This document shows, piece by piece, positions 31,336-42,509 of a stretch of 64,000 nt of DNA. Origin of the DNA: Eledone cirrhosa. Taxonomy: Eukaryota. A program made the translations under genes and the position numbers. Location: assembly GCA_964016885.1 (NCBI GenBank), contig OZ024751.1, forward strand, positions 4,836,001 through 4,900,000, in the 5' to 3' direction. The notes below the pieces were generated by a model, which ran no database searches, was not told the DNA's origin, and saw only the letters and a list, made by a program, of their open reading frames with translations. The first letter of the stretch is position 1; the number at the start of each line of letters is the position of its first letter.

Positions 31336-31400
<65 letters not shown>

Positions 31401-31472
31401 ATGTATATATATGTGTGTGTATGTATATATATGTGTATGTATGTATATATATATATGTGTATATATATATAT

Positions 31473-34381
31473 ACGTGGGAAAGTAAGAAATTGGAGAATA
31501 GACCGTTAAAACATGTTTATTTAAAACAGCACCTACGTACGTTTCGCCCAGTTGGGCTTCTCAAGGACATAAATAAACAAAAGTGTTCCTTACATTGCTC
31601 GGAAAGAGTTTTTGGGGTTAAATCCAAGTCAAGGTTCATTGCTTGCAAAAATAGCTTGTTTTGATTTTGCAGCAGGTCAAGGGAGGTAACTCTGGCCGGT
31701 GTTAGGGCAGTCTTCCCCGGACATATTTTTTTTTTTTATCCGCTACGAGATGAGGTTACAACCTTACCATTGTCGATACGCATGTAATCAACGCTTATTT
31801 TGAGAGTTTTTTTGCCACATCTGTTTGTCTGAGTCGTTTGAGGCTGGGTCTGGTATGCAAGGATAGTTTCCTGGGTGTTATTTTGCAGTGCCTGCCCGCC
31901 GGGGTGTTAAGACTTGTTGCAGGGAGATCCGGTGCACGGTTTTACTCATCATCCTTAACCCATCTGAAGAAGGATATTTTTAAGCGATGTGTACAACTTA
32001 TCGCTGTTTCAGCTCTGCTGTTGATGAGCTCGTGGGGTGCAGTTATGATGTCGTAGAGCTCCATGAGGCAAAGATCGCATTTCCTCTTGAAGTTGTACGG
32101 TGCAGCCCTGCCGACAATATCCCAGTGCGTGGAGAAGCTGATGTTTAAGTCCTTTAGTGATGTGATGTAGTCCGCGAGCGAAGTGGAGTCTCTTAGTTTT
32201 TTATTTGTGAAAGAGTGGAGATGTGTTCGAAACCTAATTTTGAACGGGCCGGAGGCAGCCCCTATATAATGTTTAACGCTATTGTAGCTAGTTATAGTGC
32301 ATCTATATATAACCCTATCAGTCAAGCAGTATCCTCTGTCGCGGCAGTTGCAATATCTGTCGCGGTTCCGTCTTTTTCCCACGGTAAGGCTATCATTGTT
32401 GCTGCCTACATGGAACCATAGGACGTTACGGTGGCGATTACGTGTCCTTGTACGTTTGCTATGGGTGGTTCCATCTAGGTGACCGCTCTTATGTGTGTTA
32501 ATGCGCAGTCGCCTGTTCGGTGCCCCTTTCACTTTATGTTCGGGTGCACTCTTCCTACCTCTTCCATGTTTATGTACAGGAAGATGTTGGTTGGAAGGCG
32601 TTGGTAGTAGGCCGTCGCCTTTGTTGGTTTTGTAATAGGGGAATAGTTCGAGTAATCTACAGTGGTCACCATCACCGGGGTTGTGATCTTTAGTGCGGTT
32701 ATCTATTCTATTATATCTGACATCGAGGTCGCCGCGTGATCGGTTATAGGTATGGCTTATTATAACGTTCGTTTTATGAAGGGGGTGGTTTCTAGAGCTA
32801 GCGTTGGGGATGTAGGAAATTCCCCGGTTAAAGCCGGTGCTTATCAAGGCCCTATTGTAGTAATCTGCCGCTTGGTTGAAGATATCCTCATTGGCGGATA
32901 GCCTCGAGACTATGGAGTTGATAGTCTGCTTAGGGTGGTTGGAGGCATAATTAATATAAGAGAGGCACTCTCCAGGCTTATGGTATGGCTTGTATAAGCC
33001 CGTACTCAACTCCAGGGTCATGTCCAGGAAGTTGACAACCTTGTGGTTGAGGTCCATAGTTACGGATAGGCCGTATGACTTGAAGAACCTGTGTATATGT
33101 TTGTTAAGGTTCTCTATCCTACGGGGGCTATGGTTCCTAATGGTAAACAGGGCGTCGTCCCTATATACACCTCCTTGTAGGGCCGGTATTCCCTAAGCTT
33201 ATGTAGGAGGTATATCCCGACCAGGTCAGTTGCTTGCGCTGAGTCACTGGACCCCATCGTGACATCGAAGTTATCAGGACGGTTGGTTCTGGTCCAGTGG
33301 GAGCCTTCGAACTGGATAATGGTTCTACGTGTCACTAGAACTATGTCTTTTTTAGTGAGGCTAGTGTTAGATTTAGCTAAGATAAGTGCCTTATTTAAGA
33401 GTATGGGGGAGATAGAGGTGTAGTAACTATCTATGTCAAACTGGATGAACTTCAGGGTGGCTTTATCCGGCAACTCGGTGAACCAATTTATGACCTGGTC
33501 GGTGTTGCCCCAGAGGCAGACCTTAGCCTTTCTATTAAGCTCCAGTAGTACTCTGTCGAGGATCACTTTACTAATCTTACCTATATCTGATGTAGAGGGG
33601 CATATTAGTCTAATAGAGGGGCTTTCATTAAAGTCATATTTGTGATCCTTAAGAGAGAATTTAGGTGTCAGAGGGACGTACGGGTTAGTGTACTTTTCTA
33701 TTTCTAAGCTGGTGACTATATCCTTCCCTACTCTATCTCATTTAGGGTACTTGAAGGTGTCTTTTTGTAGTCTTTGTGTAGTTCCTTATAGATGAATTTT
33801 TTATACTTACTCGCGTCCATCTTATACAGCTTTTTGGTTTTGTCGGAGGTGATGAAGAGGTGCGGGTCATTCTTGATCTTAGTTATTAGTGTATCAAGGG
33901 ACGTTAAGAATGGATTGCTGCATTGGTGTTTCTTTCTGAACTTAACGTTTTTGATGATTTTCAGCAGGTCCTCTTCAAAGGAGTCTAGTAAGGTGTTGTG
34001 CGCCATATCTAGTAAGGTGTTGTGCGCCAGGTGTTTTGAAGCCATACCTCTCTTTGGGTTCAGGAAGGTTACGAGTGTTCTTATCCAGGTGGTAGGCCTT
34101 CCATCTGACTCTCCGTATAAACGAATTAGTAGCGTCTATAAGCAGTTTGAGGTAGGTTTTTCTGCTGGGTAAGGGGATACACTTGAGAGACATGGGTAAC
34201 GGCTGGTTCTCCAACATGATGGCAAATAAGGTGAGATGCTCTACAAAAGGAGCACGGTAATACAGTATTTACGTATTGAGAGAGAGAAAAAAGGGGAGGA
34301 TAGGTGATACATATAGTTATTTGCCAAGTAGCGTATGCCAAAGGTGCTCGATATTAGTGCCGGCAGTATTAAATATTCGAA

Positions 34382-34385
<4 letters not shown>
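31473..34385 (-). mobile_element. Penelope-like element (RT + C-terminal GIY-YIG, probably Hydra-type), frameshifted
   Basis: FIQFDIDSYYTSI, FDVTMGS.D.A..DLVG, VNFLDMTLEL..YKPY.KP, SNHP; CNC linker, VIY..YIG, KCDLCLME..LINSRAE..CTH; pieces in ORFs 33975-34217, 33728-34045, 33114-33566 and 31942-33057. Confidence 0.85.
31532..31566 (-). ncRNA. Variant hammerhead motif in the 3' pseudo-LTR of the PLE
   Basis: cc-TTGAGAA-gccc aact gggc-GAA-ACGTACGT-A-gg. Confidence 0.6.
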
Positions 34386-34414
<29 letters not shown>

Positions 34415-34522
34415 AATATATATATATATATATGTATATATGTAAATCCTCATCATCATCATCATCGCTTAATGTCCATCTTCCACGCTTGCATGGGTTT
34501 ATGTGTAGATATATATATAACA

Positions 34523-34584
34523 TTTTATCTGATGAGGACGTACTGAAAAAACAGCACAGTACCTCTGAAATATATATAATAAAA
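34523..34584 (+). ncRNA. Canonical-core minimal hammerhead motif, sense to the ULK3 pre-mRNA
   Basis: ttttat-CTGATGA-ggac gtactg..cagtac ctct-GAA-ATATATAT-A-ataaaa. Confidence 0.7.
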
Positions 34585-34657
34585 CATATATTTTGATTAC
34601 GTGAATGTCTCCATTTATTAATATTTTGAATAATATATATATATATATATATATACA

Positions 34658-35042
34658 TGAAGGCGCATGGCTTAGTGGTTAGAGCATTGGGCTTGCATTC
34701 GAAAGGTTGTGAGTTTAATACTCGAACCAGGTGATGTGTTGTTTCCTTGAGCAAGACACTTTATTTCACATTGCTCCAGTTTACTCAGCTGTAGAAATGA
34801 GATGATAGGTCCCTATCATTCCACTGTAAAGTGGATGTGTAGGTGCCACAGAAAAAAAGCACCCAGCACTTACTGTAAATGAGGTTGGTGTTAGGAAGGG
34901 CATCCAGCTGTAGAAATCAAGGCAAAATCAGTTCCCGTATGAGCAAGTCAAGGTCAGCCGACCGGTCACTGCCCACAACAGGACGACCCGTCTAACCCAT
35001 GCTAGCGTGGAGGAACGGACGTAAAACGGTGATGATGATGAT
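34658..35042 (+). mobile_element. Family A CORE-type SINE; further copies at 46137-46475 (-), 62480-62835 (-) and partial at 61430-61620 (+)
   Basis: tRNA-like head tggcttagtggttagagc, CORE-like middle, RTE tail and (GAT)n. Confidence 0.8.
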
Positions 35043-35848
35043 ATATATATGTGTATATATATTATTATCATCATCATCATCACCATTTAATGTCCATTTT
35101 TCCACGCTAGCATGGGTTAGACAGGTTGCCCTGTTGTGAGACAAGCCAGGTCAGATGAACATGTTTTGCTCATATATATATATCCACCCCCCCACCCCCA
35201 CCCCCACTCTCATGCATGAAACTAAAAACCACATCATTTGTACTGCCTCTCTGTTCATTTATTCAACTCTCTCTCTATATATATATAGTTCTAGGAGACA
35301 ACAAACAGACATACAAAAAGTCTTATTTATTTCACACTTTATATTGGAAAGAGGAAAGAAAGTTTGACGTGTCGGGCTTAAGTCCTTCTTCAGGAGTACA
35401 AAATAGAGACAAGATCACAATGGACACAAAAAAAGAAAAAAAAAACGAAAATGAAGAGGGGAAAACAAGAAAACTGATGGTGTTGGTAAAGATAAACATG
35501 GAAGGCTAAAGGAGCAAAACATATAATATTGGAGGAATGATAAAGAGAATAATAGTTATGAAGTTGTGGTTAATGATTGAAACAAAGACTTGAGTACTTA
35601 TGATGATAAAGAAGAGAAGTGTATAATAATTTGAATATACACCTAAACCTAGTCATATATAGACAGTGTCTGGACAAGGAAATAGAGAACAGCCCACCTT
35701 ATGTGACCAGCTAATTCAGGGGTCTCAAACATGCGATTTACAAACTACTTTTCTACGACCTCCCCACAACACACATACACATCAGAACAATTTTTGTGAC
35801 TTTAAATATAATAAAACTATGAATTTTGCTTATATTTTCCTCTTTTAA

Positions 35849-36056
35849 CCCTTTAGCATTTAAACCAGCTGTATCTGACCAGAATCCTCTCACATCGTTC
35901 TGTTCAAAGTGGCCATAACTGGCCACTTATACTGATGTTAAGGTATTGTTCTCAAATTAAATAATATCAACATCTCATAGATTCAATATTATGTGAGATA
36001 AAGCCTTTACCTTGAAAACACAATAGTATCTATAGAGTAATGTAAATGCTAAAGGA
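35849..36056. mobile_element. TTAA-flanked MITE (piggyBac-like TIR CCCTTTAGCATTT); related rearranged copy at ~40716-41205
   Basis: TTAA|CCCTTTAGCATTT ... AAATGCTAAAGGA|TTGA. Confidence 0.55.
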
Positions 36057-37311
36057 TTGATCATATTTATAGCACAAGTTATTGCAATATTACTCATGAA
36101 AAACAATAGAATTGGGGGAAAATGCCCCCAGAATTCATCAAAAGTAAAAACTGAATTAAAGAAAGTTTGAAACAGAAAATTTTTCCCCCTACATTTTGTA
36201 CTAATTCACATATCCCACTTACTATCATATGTGTATTCAATATCAGCTGTATTGTAGATTAGCTTATTAACTTGAGGAAACTCACTTTTGGTTCTCTCTG
36301 CCACTCCTTCAGGATGTAATTGACCTTTTGAGACTTTGAGATCCTTCTACTAATCTATTTGATATGATATGTTTTGGAATAAAAATTAATGGTGCTCCAG
36401 CATGACCTCAGCCCCTCAGCTGGAACACATAATGGAGTAATTAATCAGTGTTGTATATATATATGTATCATCATCATCACCGTTTTACGTCCATCTCTCC
36501 ATGCTAGCATGGGTTAGATGAATTGCCCTGTTGTGGGCAATGTCATGTCAGGTGACCATGTCTTGCTCATACATAACTGATTTGGGCTTGTTTTCTACAG
36601 CTGGATGCCCTTCCTAACACCAACTTCATTTACAGTGAGTACTGGGTGCTTTTTATCGTGATGCCTACACGGCCACTTTACAGTGTGGACTGGGTATATA
36701 TATATATATATATATATATTAATTTATAACTTTATAAAGTTAACTGTCTCTAAACATCTCAATGAAAGGATAAGATATATTAATAAATTATCCACTCAGA
36801 GAAGTATTAAAATATATTAAACTTAAGCCATCATTGTTGAGCTGATTTACACAGTTTTGGCTGCTGTTTCCAGCGTCGTTATAAGCTCATCTTATTGTCC
36901 TAATACATTAATGTGGGAATATTCATACAGTAATTCAGTATTGCAACACATTGTTTCACTATGCGGTGTACTAATGGCATGTTATGATGATATATATTCA
37001 ACTTGTCCCCTTGGGTGGAATATATTCATATAGCAATTCAGCGATACAACACCTTATTTACCATAGGGTCTAGCAATGAAATGGTATGTATGATACATTT
37101 TCAACTTGTCCCTTATAACTAAGAAGAATTCACCTCCCAATGAAGGAACTGAAATTCTTCCAATATTGGTTATGTGAATGTCTTGAGTTCCAGAAACCAT
37201 AGAAAGGTTATTATATAAGCTAAAACCAAACCTTTTTAGCTGATTTGGCTTGTATCCCCACAAAATGAAATTTTGGCTTAAGTTTAATATATATGTGTGT
37301 ATATATATATA

Positions 37312-37350
<39 letters not shown>

Positions 37351-37586
37351 CATTAAGAAAGATGCTGATATTTCATAAATTGTTTATTCATAATAATTAT
37401 TTCAATGGTTCTCTTATGCAATCCAAGATGTAATTCATGCATTTGTTGTTGTTATGAGAACGGTATCTTCAAATGAAAATATATATATATACAACCCTTT
37501 ATTTAATTACTAATTGCCTTTGTTTTCATTTATGTACATATCATGGCTGATATTTCTATTGCATGGCTCAAATTATCTTTTCACAG

Positions 37587-37727
37587 ACCGGTGTAAGAGA
37601 AGTGGTGGCTATTAAATGTGTATTGAAAAGTACACTAAATAAACGATCAACAGAAAATTTACTTACAGAAATTGAATTATTGAAGAAATTAAAACATGAA
37701 CATATAGTAGAATTAAAAGACTTCATG
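37587..37727 (+). CDS. ULK3: ULK3 coding exon 2 ([47 protein letters not shown])
   Basis: ttttcacAG acceptor, GTAAAT donor, 141 nt, phase 0/0; VAIK lysine and alphaC Glu (ENLLTEIE). Confidence 0.96.
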
Positions 37728-37854
37728 GTAAATATATCAATATTTTAGTTAATCATTTCCTTGGTGTTTCATTGGAGAACATATAGGAAACTTATAAATT
37801 CTATAATTTCTAATATATTTAGTATTTGCTTTATACTTTTTATAGAAAAGGATA

Positions 37855-38440
37855 ACACATGTGTGTGATGTGTGATGCTGCATGGTAGTGAAACATTGAC
37901 TGTGGAGGACATGTGATGGCTGGATAGAGTATAATAGCTCAAATCAGGATAGGATGGAAGAAGTTTATAGAGCTACTCCCACTGTTGACTACAAGAGGTT
38001 TCTCCCTATGTACAAAAGGACGACTGTATGATACCTATGTGTGAAGTGTGACGCTGCAGGTAGTGAAATGTGGGAAGAGGACATATGTAGACAGGAGAGA
38101 AATGGAGCAACCATGCTTCATTGGTTGTGCAATGTTAGTGTGAGAGAAAGGTAGAGCTTGGACAGGTTGAGGGAGAAGCTGGGTTTAAGAGGAATCCAAG
38201 GTAGAGTGCACAGGAGAGAAGACTGAGTTAGTATGGACATGTGATGTGCATGGACAATAATCATTGGGTGAAGAAGTGACAGTAAATGTCAGTGGAAAGA
38301 AGCTGCAGTAAGAGCTGAGCTCAAATCAATGATACTCACAGAGGAGATGACAAAGTGTTGCGAGCAGTGGAAAGATGCTGTACTGAGAAGGACCTGTCCA
38401 ACCCATACAAGTGTGGAGAAACAGATGTAAAAATGATGAC
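37855..38440 (+). mobile_element. Old RTE 3' fragment; similar fragments at 20090-20323, 41650-42500, 59610-60090 and 61970-62460
   Basis: Degenerate MLHGSETW, ERNEA, RRLRWYGHV remnants and (GAT)n tails. Confidence 0.8.
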
Positions 38441-38678
38441 GATATATTTAGGCAGTGAATATCAATCATATTTCCCTCATAAGGCAGAGCACTGGCAGTC
38501 ATTAGAATGTTAGATAGAATGCTTTGCAGTATTCATTCTAGTTCACTGAACCCACTGACTTTATTGAAATCCTGCTGTGGTCAACTTTGCCTTTCAACTT
38601 TTTGTGGTTAATAAAAAATGTAGCAGTCCAGTATTGAGTGTTAATTCTTCCTTTATATCCTTTCTCACTTTCTCACTT

Positions 38679-38896
<218 letters not shown>

Positions 38897-40276
38897 TTTC
38901 TAGAAGAAATTAGCTGTGTTCAGGCCTCAGAAGTGATTGGCTCGGCCAGGTGTAAATGCCCAAGAAATGCTGTATATCACTGCAGTGCACCTATGACTCC
39001 ACCAGGAGTTACAGGTTTCTTCATACGTGTATACATATTTATTCTCTTTCTTTTGGCAGGAAATCACTTTTTGAAAATGATTGCTATAACATTTTGTTTT
39101 GAAATAACAGAAGCCTTAGGACATTGGACAAAATGACCTGCAGTGTTCATTTGCTGATATCAGTTTTGTTTTTCATCCTTCTCTATAGACTCTCTAAAGT
39201 CTGTCTGAAGTCAGGGGGCTCATCAGGCTGGTGCTTATTCCGGTTTTGTGGCATGAATTGACTGAAAGTACAAGACACCGCTCTGGACAGCATGCTAGTC
39301 CATCGCAAACCCCCAGCTATTGCTGGTAATCATTTTCAGTTGAGTATACTGGAGCAACACGAAATGAAGTGTTTTGCTCAAGAACACAACCCAGCCTAGG
39401 AATTGAACCCTCAACATTATGATTGTAAGTCCAATACCCTTACCAATAGGCCTCGTGCCTCCTTTCATTCTTCTGGGGTTGATTAATAAACTACCAGTCT
39501 CGGGTGGTAGAATGACAGAATTATAAGAACTTTGGATCAGTTACATTGCAGTATTTGTTGTGGTTCTTTGTATTTCGAGTTCAAATCTTGCCATAGCTTA
39601 CTTATGGCTATGTGTGTGGGGATGGGTTGTCTAGGCTTAATACATCATGTGGTTTAACACCATCCCCTGTCTCATAAGTATCTTAGGCAGAATCCACTTT
39701 ACTCTTTGTGGTCTCCAGTGTGAATATCTCTCTCCCTTACATCAGTCTCAGCTAGCCTGAAAAGGGCCTTAAACTCTGCCCTCCTAAGTTAGTGATAAAA
39801 ACAACAACTGGATGAGTGATTATATCATACTAACCACAACTGGATGAGTGATTATATCATACTAACCATTGCAACATAGGTCAAAATTGAAATCATTTAG
39901 TTAGTTTCTTATTCTTTTTTTCTTGCCTTTAACTCGTTATTGAATCATAGGGGCACTATAGTGATAAATGGGGTACATTGAGCTTTTAAACCTGGTGAAC
40001 CCCATCCATCTCTAGGTTTAAAATACAGCCATTGTTTTCCAGAAAAAAAAACAAAAGAGAGAGGCAGAGCAAATGGGAAAGAGCTATAGAAGAACTGATT
40101 CCAGTACTGGACAAATATTTATTGACTTCGAATGATGAAAAGTAAAGTTGACCTTGAGAGTCCTTGAAAGATTTGAACTGAGAAGGTAGAGAGTTGGAAG
40201 GAATACTGCTCAGAATTTGTCTTACCAATCTACCGTCCTTCTGTCAAATAATTATTTTACACTTACACACACATGC

Positions 40277-40319
<43 letters not shown>

Positions 40320-40540
40320 CTGATAGCTGGAACAAATATAACAAAGTATTCTATCTGATGTTCTAACAACTCTACTAATTTACCACCTTTCAGTTTCTTA
40401 ATACTCCTTCCTAAATATAGATTTTAACTAAAATACAAATTCCTTTACAGCTAAAATAAATGTCTATATATTCCTTTACTGGTTGGTTTTGCTCAGGGAT
40501 ATTAATAATATTTTAAATTATCATTACTTTCAAATTTCAG

Positions 40541-40658
40541 TGGGATGATAAATTTATTTATCTCATCATGGAGTACTGTATTGAAGACTTGTCACATTTC
40601 CTGAAAAAAAAGAGAGCTTTACCAGAACTTGTTGCACGGCGGTTCCTGCAGCAAATAG
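40541..40658 (+). CDS. ULK3: ULK3 coding exon 3 ([39 protein letters not shown])
   Basis: tttcAG acceptor, GTAATT donor, 118 nt, phase 0/1; hinge IMEYC and alphaD-alphaE; too short for the ORF track. Confidence 0.93.
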
Positions 40659-41397
40659 GTAATTTTTTTTCTTCCCTTTTTTCTTCTTCATTTTTCTTTC
40701 TTTATTTTATGATAACCCTTTAGAATTTAGACCAGCTGTATCCAGCCAGAATTCTCTCACCTCTTTCTGTTCAAACCGGCCACTCATACTGATGTTAAGG
40801 TTCTCAAAATAAAGCTGTAAATATTGGAGTTGACAGAAAAGGGTGTTTTCTCATAAATTGGCACTACAATGTAACTATATATCTTGAGACCAGACAATAT
40901 ATTTTACTATCTATAGCCACGCTGGTTAAAAAGTGGTATTTAAACTGGCCAGAATTCTCTCACCTCTTTCTGTTTAAACTGGCTGTAACCAGCCACTCAT
41001 ACTGATGTTAAGGTATTGTCCTCAAAATAAATATCCAAATCTCGAAGAGTTGATATTATGTGAGATAATTATATGAATAAAAGCCTTTACCATGAAAATG
41101 CAATAGTAAATATAGCGTAATGAAATGTTAAAGAGTAATACATAAAGAGATATTTGAAAATGATAGAGAGTAATATATATATAGATTAATGTAAATGTTA
41201 AAGGGTAAATGGTTCATAGTGCTTACTTTCCCATATTAGAGCACGAGGAGATTAATTCTATGTAGTAATTTAATAATTTGGTATAATTGTTTAACAGCAA
41301 TAACTTCTTTGAAATAGAAAGATTACAAAGGGCATTTGATTTCATATATATAAAGGTGTATATATCTAAAATATATGTTAAGAAGAACTGCACTAAC

Positions 41398-41645
41398 ATC
41401 ATTTTTAGATATCTCACATGGCAGTTAAAATTAGTGTAGCTTTTTTATAATTTGTCAGATCATTTTTAGATATCTCCCAGGGCAGTTAAAATTAGTGTAG
41501 CTTTTTTATAATTTGTCAGATCATTTTTAGATATCTCCCAGGGCAGTTAAAATTAGTGTAGCTTTTTTATAATTTGTCACATCATTTTTAGATATCTCCC
41601 AGGGAAGTTAAAATTAGTGTACCTTTTTTGTAATTATCACATCTG
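41398..41645. repeat. 61-bp minisatellite, ~4 copies
   Basis: atcatttttagatatctc..gttaaaattagtgta at 41398, 41459, 41520 and 41581. Confidence 0.9.
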
Positions 41646-42509
41646 TTTTAGAAATAGTAGACACTTTCTGTTACCTGGATGACAAAATCAGCAGTGGTGG
41701 AGGTGCTCCGAAAGTACAGTAGCCAGAGTTAGAACAGGATGGAAAAAGTTCAGAGTGCTAATACCGCTGTTGGCCACAAAAGGTTTCCCTCTAAAAATGA
41801 AAGGCAGATTGTATGATGCTTGTATATGAATAGCAATGTTACATGGCAGTGAGACCTGGGTGTTGCGTGTAGAGGATCTGTGCAGACTGGAAAGGAACGA
41901 GAGGAGATTACGTTAGTATGGTCATGTGATGTGTATGAAGGACAACAGCTGTATAAAAAAGTGCAGGGTGATCAAAATTGATGGAAGCTACAGAGTAGGT
42001 AGACCCAGAAAAACCTGGGATGAGGTGATAAAAACTGACCTTGCTCACTTGCACCTCTCTAAGACAATGTCACTGGATTGAGATCTTTGTCACTATGCAG
42101 TAATACAGAAGACCCACCTTCCCTTACGTACGTACTTAAACTTGCAGTCAGTAGGCACCTCTTAACCCAAGATACACGCCACCCCATCCTCCCACTCCTG
42201 CCAACATCATCCTTCTCTGTAAAGTTATGTTGGTACCACAGAACATCCAGCCCACACAAAAGTGGTCGTGTAGGTGTCACGACAAAAAACACCCAGTCCA
42301 CACTGTAAAGTGGTCATGTAGGAGACACGGTAAAAAGCACCCAGTCAACACTGTAAATGTGGTTGGTGCTAGGAAGGGCATCCAGCTGTAGAAAACCAGC
42401 CAGAAATGGTTCAATACGAGTGAGACACAGTCACTCGACCAAACTTGCCTCAGGTGGGACAAACCCATCTAACCTATGCTAACCTGGAAGATAGATGTTT
42501 ATATATATA

